Positions 23,201 through 36,300 of a stretch of DNA of 64,000 bases are shown here, in pieces. The stretch is from Azolla caroliniana (Eukaryota > Plantae > Polypodiophyta). Numbering within the stretch: the first letter of the stretch is position 1; every line of letters starts with the position of its first letter. The notes under the pieces are model-generated. The model saw only the letters and a program-made list of their open reading frames with translations. It was not told the origin of the DNA and ran no database searches. A program made the translations under genes and the position numbers. The DNA lies in NCBI GenBank assembly GCA_043228905.1, contig JBHGNT010000005.1, positions 4,464,001-4,528,000 of the forward strand. The letters run 5' to 3'.

Positions 23201-25596
23201 ATGAGGAAGATGCATGCTTTACCCTCTTATTATCCCTTTGAGATATTGTGTAGCCAAATCCATGTGAATCTCAAATCCAATCATTTCTGGCATCATGTCT
23301 ACGTTTGCACGATGTACAAAGTCTATTCTAAGGCCAATGTACACATAGGAAAAGAATAACAATAATCTCTGCATAAGACATATGCAATCAATATATTGAA
23401 TTTATAATAGATATGCAAACCCACACATAAATAATCACAATATGTGGCACACATATCACATTTAATGTTGTAGTCTTGTGTAGCCATGATACATATTCCT
23501 TGACAATAAACAATACTTGTCAAGGAATAGGGAGAGGTGTCATGTACACTAAGAAATTTGTTGGGACCGACTCAGTTGAAAATGTATCATATGCCGTCTT
23601 GACTCTCACCATGCATTGTATGTATCTAGAATCTCAATCACAAGTTCATTGTCACGAATGTAAACATTGCCTTTCGAGGTTTGTTGTTCATAAATAAGAC
23701 TATATGTGGCAAGGTACAATGTGAAAACATTGCCTTGTACATTTGTTATGTCATTTTAGGACTCCCCACAAATTTGATCTAGCGTATTATCACCTATTAT
23801 CGAGCAGCGAGCTCATGCTAACCATTTGCTCCATGCTCTCTTGACAAAATTTCTTTGCATGATCCAAGGTCTAAATCCAATATTGTTACCTTTCACGCAC
23901 AACTACTAAGTGGCTCGCACAAATCAATTTCGACAAGGGCATGGTTAAAAACAATTCGTTTAAGTCAACATTGCCAAATAACTACTCATTCTATACCAAG
24001 GCATTCTCAAATATCCACTTTAAAAGAATTCATGCAAAAATTACTGAGTATTTCACCTCCTTTATATGATTGGCAATTTAACGAAGTAGATTTTGTGCTT
24101 TTAGAGTAATCTATATTTGTATTAATGGTTAAAACACATATTTCTTTTGAGTCGTTACACCGCTTAGCAATCAATCCATAGACTTGGCTCAATTATGCAC
24201 ACCATGCCACATCTTTTTTTAAACATTATACCTCTTTATTCTCAACATCATATACTTGTTCCAACGATGACAATAATGACCTTGCACCCACCCAATGTAT
24301 ATGATTGACAATTTACCAAAGTAGATTTTGTGCTTTCAAAGTAATTTTCGTATGTTTTAGCGTTAAACCACATATTTCTTTCAAGGCGTTATACCACCTA
24401 GCAACCCATCCATGAGACTGAGCTCAATTATGCACACCATGCCACATGTTTTTTCCAACATCGTCGCCACCATGCTTGTTGCCACGATGACAACAATGAC
24501 CTCTCACCCCCTTCATTGTTACACAAGTGTCCACAAATCTAACATTTTGAAGACCTTAATAGTCCCATTGCATAAGGCTTTTTGCAATGTCAACTTGTTA
24601 ATGAAGAACATGCATCAACCTTATTCTTAATTTATACCAAGCACAACACTTATAATTGGTGAAGTGTTGTTATAAACATGAATGAAATTTTGAGTTATTT
24701 GATCAACATATTCCATAGTTATATAAGACAACCACACAATCACAATCCAATTACTTTAATGTTACGAAGACTTTTTTATTGTCTTACTCCAATGAGTAAG
24801 ATTGATTGATAATATCAATGCTATTCTAAAGTGTGTAACTAGTCAAAACAATGCACGTGCCGCCTAAACGTATAAGGACACATTAGAAACAAATCAATTG
24901 GGGACACTTAACATTTCTAGTTCATAACTTGCACAAATCAATATAATGAGTAAAAGTGATAAAAAAGTCCTATAGCTTTTCGTTTTACTTTTGGCAAGGG
25001 CATGCAAATAACTTCAACAAGGTGATTGATGTAAGGGATTTTAAAGAGAAGACGAGGACTAGCAGAAATGGGACACTCCAAAAAGATGTTGCATTCATAG
25101 CATTCTCGCCAGTATCAATCAAAGCAAAGGTTGTTTCCAAGTTTAAGACAAGCAAAGCAACAAGACATAAATGAATACAATCAAAACTACAATTACTACT
25201 ACTAATACTACGATGTCATCAACTTTCCATGTCATCCTTACATTGCTTGCGAGCTAAAAGAAATCCATCGAGTAGGATGATTTACAAGTTATATTCATTT
25301 TGATTTCACTTTCCCAACAACTCTTCACTTCCATAACGCGGTAAACATAAAATCAGCAGGCAAAAGTTGCTAGAAAAGCACAACCAATATTTTTTACATA
25401 CAAGGTCTCTTATTATTACATTTGCTAAGAAAACAAAGATGGCCTATGGACCTATCTCGATTCCCTTAAAAAGTAGAGAGTAGAATATATTTTTCTTATA
25501 TGCTTCGTCTTAACTAGGTTACCCGATACAAAGTGATTGCGATACTCTTTTTTTTTGTTTTCCTTGCGAGACTCGTGGATTTAAGTTTGTGGATAT

Positions 25597-28500
25597 TTAA
25601 GTTCGATTCCGAAGGAATTGTATGGCTTGGTGAGCGATACAATATGCAACGGATTGGATAGTGACCATCGGGTTCACACCTAACGCGGTGGGGAGGACAC
25701 TTGAGTCCGCGACAAAGAGATTGGAAACGTCCCAGGTTTCACCCGTGGGGCTCACGGCCGAGGACCGGGGATCGACGCCCATGCGGCACGAGCCCATCTG
25801 ATGTGCCGAGCACAGGGGGGCGCCGAGCCGGTCGATACTGTGTGAACGCACGCGATCGAGGAAGCTCTCAATGTCCGCCTGTGTGGTGCGTGAGTCGATC
25901 ACAAGGCTGTCCCCGTAACGATGGTGTGTCCCGACCTCGGACGCACCCGCGGCAATAAGGACACGGAGCGCAGCCACCCCGCCCTCGAGGAGGTTGCGCT
26001 CGTCACGTGGGTTGAGCGCGTACTGTATCTTGCGGTGCCCCAGGCACGGGTGTGAACCAACGGTCCCCGAACCGTGGTCACGTGCAAGGGCAAACAAGCT
26101 CACAGTCCTCGAGAACCGGCGCATGCGGTTCCGGAAGTCCCGAGACGAGAGCCACGGCGTAATGACCGAGAAGACACCGGGGTGGACGCTAGGGCATTGG
26201 AGGATCACTCCGTGGCCATCAAGGCTTAGGTTGGCTAGTTGCGAGGACATGGCAGTTATGATGGGGCCTTCATAGGTGGGCTTGTCCAAGGTGGGGAAGT
26301 AGCCCCACACGAGTTGCACTGGGTGGAGCCGTAAATGTTTGCCGATGTTCGGGTTCCGGAGGCCACTCCGCTGGAGCAAGACGGGCGTGCTCAATGCGCC
26401 CCCGGACACGACGGTGATTCGGGATTCGACGAAGAGGAGCATGTCCGACGACTCGGTCCCGGCCACAAGACCGGCCGCTTCAGGTCTCGACCGTCCCCCT
26501 TCGGAACCCTTACGAAGAAGCACACATGTGGCCGACACACCCGTCACGATACGAGCATTGCCGGTGGAGACCGCGTCGACCAGCCACGTCTCCGAGGTCG
26601 ATTGCTTCGTGCCGCTCCAGCACCCGAAGCCACACCAGCCACAAGAATGATGATCCTTCCCCACAACCCCGGCCCCTGTGTTGGTCGGGACATCGGCCAC
26701 TTGGAACCCGAGCCTCTCACATCCCACGCGGAGCACCTTGTTTTGAGTGTTCTCTTCCTCCGTGCGCTCGGAGACCACGCCGAGCCTATCTAGGACGGCT
26801 CTCATCGCGTCTTGGTACTCACCCCCAGGCCCGAATGCCGAGAGCCTGTGAATGCGCGACCATTCCTGGAGGACATGGGTAGGGGTGGGTAGGGACGCGC
26901 TCCAATTGATGGCCGTCCCACCCCCGACCGTGGATCCCGCGAGCACAAGTACATTAGCATCCTCGGTCGGCAAGATGCCGCCTCCCTCGTACATTTTGTC
27001 CATGGCCTCACCCTCTAGCAATGAGAGGTCATCCCTAGCCAAGTACTGGCCTTTCTCCACCACAAGAACCTTGTAGCCCGCCTTGGCGAGCACCGCGGCC
27101 ATTACGCCCCCCCCAGCTCCTGACCCGACAATGACAACGTCACACTTCACGCCGACCTTCGTTACTGTCCCGTGGTGACTCTTCTTCGGCTCCGGCTCCG
27201 GCTTCTTCCATAGATTCTCCAAATGGCTCACATCCTTCAACACCTCAAACCCCGATTCTTCCAGCTTGATGGATAGCTTCTCTTTCAATGCCATTGCATC
27301 GAGCACCGCCCCGTCCAAAGGCTTCTTTGCAGGATTCTTCGTCTGGGCCTGGCGATGCTTGATTGCGGCAGGATCGGGACCACAGTAACCAATGGCATTC
27401 CATGCCAGATTACTCCCTTGTTTGTTAAGCTACACACATTCATAAGTCTCATACCATTAACACCATTGATTCATTGATTCATTGATCATGTCACAGGGGC
27501 TCACACATCACACACTCACACACACATCACAACAAGAAATGTTATGACATTTAAGCATACCAAGGTAAGGTGCATACCATCGAAACACTAAACCCTAATC
27601 CTGCGACGGTATCTTACCAATTGTTTCTCTATAATAGTGTTTTGAGACTTTGCCGCAATTCGCGAGAGCACCCTAAGAGAACAATTGATGAATGAATAAA
27701 TGAATGAAATGCACCAATTTTAAGTTATACAGAACTCTTGAACGAAATGCTACTGGGCCGAACATGCTGAGAATTTTAACCCGTGAAGAATCCTCGAAGT
27801 GGTATTCGGATTGCGAAGAGGATCCGTAAATGGTAGCGCCCAGAGAATCATAGCATGAAATTAAGGGATTTTGGAGCCAGTGGGATTGAAAGCAAATCAT
27901 ACATGTGATTAAAGATTAAAGAAAAAGAACCCAACAAAATGATTCAAGGTTTTTTTTGTTTTAAATTTGGAACTCTTAAGTCTAAATTTTGCTTTGATTT
28001 GCTTCTTTGCTTTTGGTTTACTGTTTTTCTGCTGCTTTCTTTCTAATATGTTTAGAAATTTCTTTTTTGGCTTTACCTTGGTGAAGTAGCTGTATGAGGT
28101 GAAGATCTTGAAAGCATTGAAGAGCTTTCTGAAGGTCTGTTTTGGGCTATGGGACCAAGCTTCCAGCAGTATCTTCTCTCTCTCTTGTGGAGGGATGTCA
28201 GGGAAGGCCCTTGCATAACAATAGATTGGGTAGCCTTGGCCACAGCCAGGGAGAGCTTTCTTCTTCTTCCAACACAGGCTAGCTTTGCCACAGAGAAGGA
28301 ATGTCCCCATCTTTGAAGAAAGCAGAAGTAGCACAAGCTTCACCAGCATTATTAAATCCGAATTCAATTTACTACACATTAGCCCTGCACCCTGAAACCC
28401 ACCAAAAATTTAAAAAAACACCAAAAAGTTAAGGTTTGGGCTTTGATTCATTGCACAATTGTAAACTGTAGGGTGGTAAGGTTTGATTTCTTCTTTCATA

Positions 28501-28966
28501 GCAATATAGGTTAGGGCTAGGCTTTGACTTAAATAAGGAAAGCACAATTTAATCTGTAAGGGTTAGGGTTTTTGTTTTTAGATTTTGGGGGGGGTGTGCT
28601 TACATAGGAAGGGACTCCATCATGGGCAGCTGAGAAGCCATAGAAGGATTGGAGGTGATCATGAGAGTGTTTCCATTGGAGCTCGTCTTCAGCAGTGGCA
28701 TTGCAAGAAGAAGGCGAGGAAGAAGACGAAGAAGGCGATGACAACGGGGAGGACGAAGATGGCGGCGACGACACCGAAGGAGGAGGGGGAGGGGGAGGGG
28801 GAGGGGGAGGGGGAGGGGGTGGGAGGAGGAGTTGAGAGGATTGGTGGGGGTCATGGAGAGGAATGGAGGGGATGAAGGTCTCAAAGACAGAGCCTAAGGT
28901 CCTCATGAGGGTGGGAGAGAAGGTGTGAGGGTAGCCATGGAGGCTATAGTTGTTGGGGTCATCCAT
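25597..28966 (-). CDS. FAO: Long-chain fatty alcohol oxidase (GMC oxidoreductase, FAO family), 3 exons, ~836 aa
   Basis: Exons 28604-28966, 28077-28391 and 25597-27429, all phase-0 GT-AG. Motifs NLAWNAIGYCGPDP, CDVVIVGSGAGGG (FAD), LAGSTVGGGTAINWSA, CGWCGFGC, NIGKHLRLHP, SAHQMGSCRMG and LPTALGVNPMVTI. Poly-Pro/Ser tract in exon 1. Confidence 0.95.
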
Positions 28967-29379
28967 CTTTGGTGGTGGTGGTGGTGGTTTTGCAAGAGGA
29001 AGGAAGAAAGGATGTATTGTGTTGTGTAGTGTTGTGTTGTGTTGTATTGTGTTTGTGTTTGTGTTTGTGTTATGTATATGTATGTGAGGAAGAAGAGAGG
29101 AGGGAGGGGGTGTTTGAGGGTGTTCTTTTTGGCTCTTGATTTTGGGGCTGTTCTTTTGATATGCTAGAAGAGGGGGCAGGGCAAGTGTTTGGGTTGGGTT
29201 GGGTTGGGTTTGGTTTGGTATGTGGGGGGGGGGGGGGGGGGTATTGGAGTGTAAGGTGTTACATAGGTGGAGGGGGACCTTTTGTTTTCAAGTTTATACA
29301 CTTTGGCAACTCATGCATTTACTGCATTCAGAAGAGGTGAGATGAAGTTGGGTGGGGTTTTTGTGGGGGGGTGGGATTG

Positions 29380-29710
29380 GGTCTCTCTATGGCTTTTATT
29401 TTTAATTAGTCTCTCCAGTTGGACACGCAGAGTCGATTGGCTTGCATGCCGGGCCCCATAGCCACTGACTAGTATTTGCTTCCGTATGGGCAGCACAGGT
29501 ATGGGATATGGTTCCATCCCCAAGTCCAGTCAAGCGAGTGAGGATCTCACTATGGCTTTTATTTTAATTAGTCTCCCAAGATGGTTGGTCAGTGGATTGA
29601 TTGGCTCGCGTGTTGGGCCCCATAGCCACTGACTAGTATTTGCTTCTGTATGGGCGGCACACGGGTGGGGTATATGGTTTCATCCCCCAAATCTAGTCAA
29701 ACAAGCGAGC
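29380..29710. repeat. ~165-bp diverged tandem duplication upstream of FAO
   Basis: ctatggcttttatt..ttaattagtctc...gggccccatagccactgactagtatttgcttc.gtatgggc occurs at ~29387 and ~29550. Confidence 0.85.
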
Positions 29711-31299
29711 AAACTTGGCTTGGGCATATGGCTCAAACTACAAAAAACGGTGCAAACATGAACCATCCCCATCCTGATTGTGTTGGGTTCAAGCCCATGC
29801 TGCAATCTTGAGGCATGCAAACGTGTGACGGCACGAAAAGTAGGGACTAAAATGGGTGGGAATTAGAATGGCCTTTGTTTTTTTGCGAAAGAGTTATCAT
29901 TGCATTGTGTGCCCATGAAGTAGAAAGCACTCAAAATTTATCTTCTTCATGGTGCTTTTGGGGTGTGAGTGATGAATGATCTATTTGAAAGGGTTTTATG
30001 ATCGAGTTGATAAAGGCCATTATTCTATGTTTCTCCTATGAATGACCTATGACAAATGCTTGATTTAACGAGAGCATGGAATCCAAACTTGCGTCGGGAC
30101 TAAGGCAAATTAAAAAAAAATACTAGCCGTTGTGTCATATGCACATTGATCCACAATTAGTGTGCGCTTCAATGTATTGTGCAGGGGTGTCTGTTGGCCC
30201 TCTACACATAGTTGGAAGTATGTTCATTCACAAGTCTGCAATCAGTGCATTGAGCTCGAATGTGGACAATTCAAATAATGATTGTGATCATGATCTTCAG
30301 ACATGTGCACCATGGGGATAGCCATTTTTAATGGTAAGTCAAGAGGAGGGAAGGGGTGTTCTTTTCTAATAATTTTGGAATTGTCACATCATATTGTTTG
30401 TGTGTGAGATAATGATCATCACACATGTGCATCATGTGGTGAATGGAGTATGGCATTATGATCATTGCAACGTGAAAACAACCTTATCTTAACTCGGAGC
30501 GGAGAGAGAGAGAGAGAGAGAGAAAGAAACTACTTTTGATGTTTTCGATTATTGTTATTTGAGGTATTTACAGAAATATAATACACAAACAAGGTGATCC
30601 ATTAAAATGTTCGCTCAATTCTCTCTTGTGCAATTATAATGTCACCTTCGGTAGATTGATATTTATTAGAACATTGATCTTTTGACCCCTTTCTCTTCAC
30701 CATTAAACAATTGGTTGTAGTGCACTTCAATGTTTGGTGGTGTATTTTCTTGATCATTTCTTTTACGTTTATTGAGATTTTAGAGATGCAAAAATCTCAA
30801 TCATCCCAATAAGGCACGCTTGTGATTGCCTTTTACGGAGTATTTACTTGTGTCTAAAATCAAAATTTGATTTCTTTCCATTATTTGCAAGCAACAACTA
30901 GTTCAATACTCCACTAATTAATTAGCTTCATGCCATACTCCAACCGATGAATCAAGTGGACATTTTTTTTTTAACGTGACCGCATCCCAGACTTACGTAT
31001 TCATATCATACTCCACAAAGTGCTGGAAGACAACTGCACTTTCTCGAAGCATCCAAGGATTGAATGTCAATACGTGTTTGTCTTCTAAAAGTATGACTTT
31101 AACCTTTTTGGTTGTTTGGTCAATTTACGAGCATGTTTTAACTTGTGGCATTATGATTGTGCCTCCATCTGGTAATCTTCCACATTTAGTATTTCCCACC
31201 ACTAGAAGGATGTTAGTTTGCCATGATACTTGGTGGTTGCTTTTCTCTTTTGTTGATGTGAATGTCCTTTATGAGAACCTTTTACTAGGATGCCTTATT

Positions 31300-33385
31300 A
31301 CCATGCATATGAATCAACCAAATAAGTTTTTTTAAGACATTTTCGAAGTGAAAATCTAGTTTATTTAGTTGAATTGATAGTTTGTTTCTCCTATGAGTGG
31401 AAAGTTGTTGACGCTTTTCAAACTTTTCTTTTTAGTACGTCAAGTCCAATGGAGTTGCTTGTCTCCATTAATCCTACATTTGAAAGTATAGCAAACATAC
31501 AATATGTAGATGAAGTGCTTAGTTATAAGTTGGTAGTAGTCCAACCTAATAAGTTTTCTTGGTGTATCTAGTTAGCCCAACCATTGACATTGATAGTTTA
31601 TTTCTCCTCCAAGTCTACAGTCGTTAACTCTTGTCAAATTTATTTTTAATACATGTATATTTAGAGTACTCGGACTCTAGTGGAGTTGCTTGTCTCCATT
31701 AATCCTACATTTGATAGTCTAATAAACTAACAATAGATGGATGGAGTGCTTAGTTATGAGTTCGTAGTTCTTGCGTTGGTAGTATGCATATGAATCAACC
31801 TTATAAATTTTACTAAAATTTCTTCACAGTGATAAACTAGCGTATTTAATTATTCCAAGCATTGGAATTGACAATTATTTCTCTCGTCGTTGTTTCGATT
31901 AATCCTATATTTGATAGTGTGGCAAACAAACAGTAGATAGATGAAGTGCTTAGTTATGAGTTGGTAGCACACATATGAACCAACTAATAAGTTCTATTTA
32001 AAAATATTCCAAGTGTAAACCCAGTGTATTTAGTTAGTCCAAACATAGACGTTGGTAGTATGCATATGAATCAACCTTATAAATTTTACTAAAATTTCTT
32101 CACAGTGATAAACTAGCGTATTTAATTATTCCAAGCATTGGAATTGACAATTATTTCTCTCGTCGTTGTTTCGATTAATCCTATATTTGATAGTGTGGCA
32201 AACAAACAGTAGATAGATGAAGTGCTTAGTTATGAGTTGGTAGCACACATATGAACCAACTAATAAGTTCTATTTAAAAATATTCCAAGTGTAAACCCAG
32301 TGTATTTAGTTAGTCCAAACATAGACGTTGATAGTTTATTTCTCAACCAAGTGCACACTCGTTAACTCATCGATGTTCTTTATATGATGTGCCTTTAGAG
32401 TACTTCCACTCAAAGGAGTTGCTTGTCTCCATTAACCTACATTTGACAGTGTAACAAATAAACAATAGGTGGATGGAGTGCTTAGTGAGTTGGTAGTATG
32501 CATATGAATAACCTAGTATATTTTTCTAAATGTCTTTGAAATGAAAAACTAGTGTATTTAGTTATTCCAAGCATTGGCATCGACAATTATTTCTCTCGAC
32601 CTTGTCTCCATTAATCCTACAGTTGATAGTGTAGCAAACAAAAAATAGATAGAAGTGCTTAGTTATGAGTTGGTAGCACACATATGAACCAACTGATAAG
32701 TTTTATTAAAACATAATTCCAAATGTAAAACTAGTGTATTTAGTTAGTCCAAACATAGATGTTGATAGTTTATTTCTCAAGTAAGTGCACACTCGTTAAC
32801 TGTCGTCTATCTTCTTTGTAAGATGTACCTTTAGAGTACTTCGACTCCAAAGGAGTTGCTTTTCTCCATTAATCCTACATTTGATAGTGTAACAAACAAA
32901 CAATAGATAGATGGAGTGCTTAGTGAGTTGGTAAGATGCATATGAATCAACACAATAAATATTACTGAAACGTCTTCGAAGTGAAAAACTAGTGTATTAA
33001 ATTTATTCCAAGCATTGGATTGATAGTTTATTTCTCCTATCCTTCTCTCCATTAATCCTACATTTGATAGTGTAGCAAACAAACAATAGATAGATGAAGT
33101 GCTTAGTTATGATTTGGTAGCATACATATGAACCAACTATTAAGTCTTAAAAAAACAGCTTCTAAATGAAATGCTAGTGAATTTAGTTAGTTCAAATATA
33201 GACATTGATAGTTTATCTCTCAACTGGGTGCATAGTCGTGAACTTTCATCAAACTTTTTTTAAAGATGTGCCTTTCAAGTACTCCATCTCCAAGGGAATT
33301 GTTTGTCTCCATTAATCCTACATTTGATAGTGTAACAAACAAACAATTGGTAGATGGAATGCAGAGTTATGAGTTGGTAGCTATT
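31300..33385. repeat. Satellite-like tandem array with alternating ~180/~258-bp units and an exact 276-bp duplication
   Basis: The anchor attaatcctacatttgatagtg...gtgcttagttatgagttggtag recurs ~9 times (31466, 31698, 31898, 32174, 32431, 32610, 32868, 33051, 33311). 31774-32049 is repeated at 32050-32325. Confidence 0.9.
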
Positions 33386-36300
33386 GGGTTGGTGATGATA
33401 ACATCATCAAAGATATGACATAAACATGTGATCAAAAGTATTATGATGTTTATAGTTATCTTTTTAGTCTAAAGATTTGCCATTGAATCAATTGTCGTTA
33501 TTCGTCAAGAACTGTCAATTCAAACAAACAAGCCTGACTCAAACCGTTGTGCTTGTCAGTATCAGTTGGTGTTGGCACATGAACAAAATCAAACAATTGT
33601 AATCACGCCAAATGTTTAGCCACATATTGACGTGTTTAAATTCTAGATTTTAATTTCTCAATTTGGCACATGAGCACTTGAAATTTTGTAAATACATCAT
33701 TAAATTGAGTGCAATATTGCCATCAACAAATTGGAAGTCCAATATTTCTTGCAAGTTGTTGGAGTTTGCCCATATGGAAATGAAGACTTCTAGGCATGGC
33801 ATTATTATATATAAAGAGGGTTATATATTTCAATTTATTTTTTTCCAAAAAAGAATATACTCGATAGTTAAAATGTCATCCAAAAAAGAATATGGAAGTA
33901 GGCAATGACTACCCGATAAATTATATTTCCGAACACCATCTTATGAAGTTTGAGGCTTATAGTTTATTTGACAAGGACATGATCATAACACTTAATCATA
34001 ATTTAGCAACGTAATCTAAAATGGTTTTTAATTCTTCAGATTAATCCAGTGTATCATATTATACAATCAACAATACCTTCTAGCTCATGTTGTCTAGTAA
34101 GGTGATCACAAATACATAGGTTTATGACCACCATCTTTCCAGGTGCATACATATATCCCTTTTGCTTGAACTAACCTTTGTCATGTTACACTCTCGATGT
34201 GCCGTCACACATGCCACACACACTTCGATTAAAAAATACATTGTTTTATGATTTGGCTTTGAATAGTCCTTTTGATTTCCCGGCGCATTCATATAGAATA
34301 GTTGTAACCCCTCATATATTGTTCCTCTCAATAAATATTACTTCTAATGTCATGCCCCATTGTTTCGTCGGGTGCGTTAAGCTCCACAAAAACACATATA
34401 CGAGACGTGGACAGATTATACTTTTCTATCATCTATTGTTTTTATGACCTCTAACTTACTAGTGGGGATGTGGTTCACCCATTGTATTAAATGCCAATAG
34501 TTACCATACGAGATTCAAGTACAAGGGAAAACATAAACAAAGTGGAGAAGTCACAAGGACAAAAGCTAGCCTTTCGCACTCATAGGTATGATGAAGGATT
34601 CATGACAATACCATCTTCTTGTGATGAACACTTTAAATGGAAGATTGAAGTATGAATGAATCAATAAATTTACCATTTTTTTTAGTTTCACTGTTGGAGA
34701 GGTTTCTCACCTCTAGAGATTGAAATGTGAGGATTAAGTTAAGGATCAAAGTGCATATTCACATGCTAGTTACTTAGCTATATGACGGTCTTAGATAATG
34801 ATAGGATTTTCTTTGTAGCAATGATTCCAAGGGTCATTTACTACTCAATAACATATTAATCTTAACACAATATATTCAATTTAAGTTCAAACTAGAGAAA
34901 AACAGAAATTTGAAACTAGATAATGTTTTTGTGAAGATACTCAACTACACTCGATAATTAGATTAATGTAGAATTTCACACTCTAAGAAATTTTCGAAAT
35001 CTTTTTTAACATGTGAAAAAAACCAATGACAAATTACTTTGCGCTCTTCCATTTGTGCAAGCCAATGTTTCATGTTTAGGTTATTGGCCACTTGGCTTGG
35101 AATTCAATGATGGAATGGTTCCTATGTTCTATTACCAAGAATGATGGAAAGTTCTCAAAACAAAATTGTTTAGTTTTTTATAAATAGATTTCTTGGTTTG
35201 GGTGAAATTTTGGGGGTGTAGGATTGTATTGTAATTTGTAGGTGTCTCCAATGTCTTTTCTCAATGATTTCATCTTCTTTTAACAATCACATCTACGATT
35301 TTATTTTATTTTATCCAAAAAATCACATCTACGATTTTTTATCTATTTTTCTAACAATTTGAAACAATTTAGTATCGACGGAGACTACACACACACACAC
35401 ACACAAAATAATTGTATCAATTTGAAATCCGACCATGATAGACCTTTTTATGTCATCGTTGATTTCACATAGATAGCTTGTCTAAGAGTTGACCATTTAA
35501 ATTATATGCAAGAACTTTCAAATAATGGTATTTTGTCTTAGGAAGATACATTAAAGTTATTCACATCTGGAAATACATCAATTTGGTAAGGATTCTTCTG
35601 CAATTTGGTTAGGACCAAGAAAATTAGATGAAAAGTTTTTGAGGCTTGTTTTTTAGATACTTTGATAGTACAAGTAATATCAATAACAACGTCATGTTTA
35701 TCTGATGGCGTATTAGTAATATGGATGAAAAGTCATGCTTCAAACACGAGAGGAACATATATTTAGAAGCATGAAGAAATGTGCAATCTTGGAGAGTAAG
35801 TGTTTAGATAGATGACATGGTCTTGGGGACATGCATATATAAGGCCACCTCTTCTATCAAAGATATCAATGTCGAATAATACATGTACATGATGTAAGAG
35901 AGAGATATGAGAGACGTTTGATATGAAAGTGACATACAACATATGGGTATTTCCTTGGCAAGCGACATAATTAGGTATAGTACTTTGTCAGAAATAATTT
36001 AGTTGTAAACTTGTATGTGATAGTGAGTGTGTTTGTGGAAGCATGCAACTTTAGGAATCTCTAGATTGTGTAAGGGTTACGTGATCTTGTGCATGCATCA
36101 ACAATGCAATTAGTTGAGGTTCAAACACATGCATTGGCCTAACCTTTAGCTCATTCTTGCTTGGTGCAACGCACCTACAAAGAGTAATGGAAAAGGACTA
36201 GAAGAAAGATAGAGTAATTAATCATGTATATAGATGTTTTCAAATTCATTTTTGTATTGTGGTTTGGCGGTTTGATTGTTGTGGTCGCAACATTTTTTAC

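Noticed and set aside
23268-23288. Possible TSD partner (atctcaaatc...atttct) for the LINE at 22070
   Set aside because: Five central mismatches against 22051-22071; too weak to fix the boundary.
25701-27076. Several plus-strand and alternate-frame ORFs overlapping FAO
   Set aside because: Expected shadow ORFs of a GC-rich coding exon, with no recognisable domains.
25597-27429. Bacterial horizontal transfer of the GC-rich GMC exon
   Set aside because: It splices in frame to two upstream exons and has the plant FAO-specific N-terminal and AWxAIGYCGPDP motifs.
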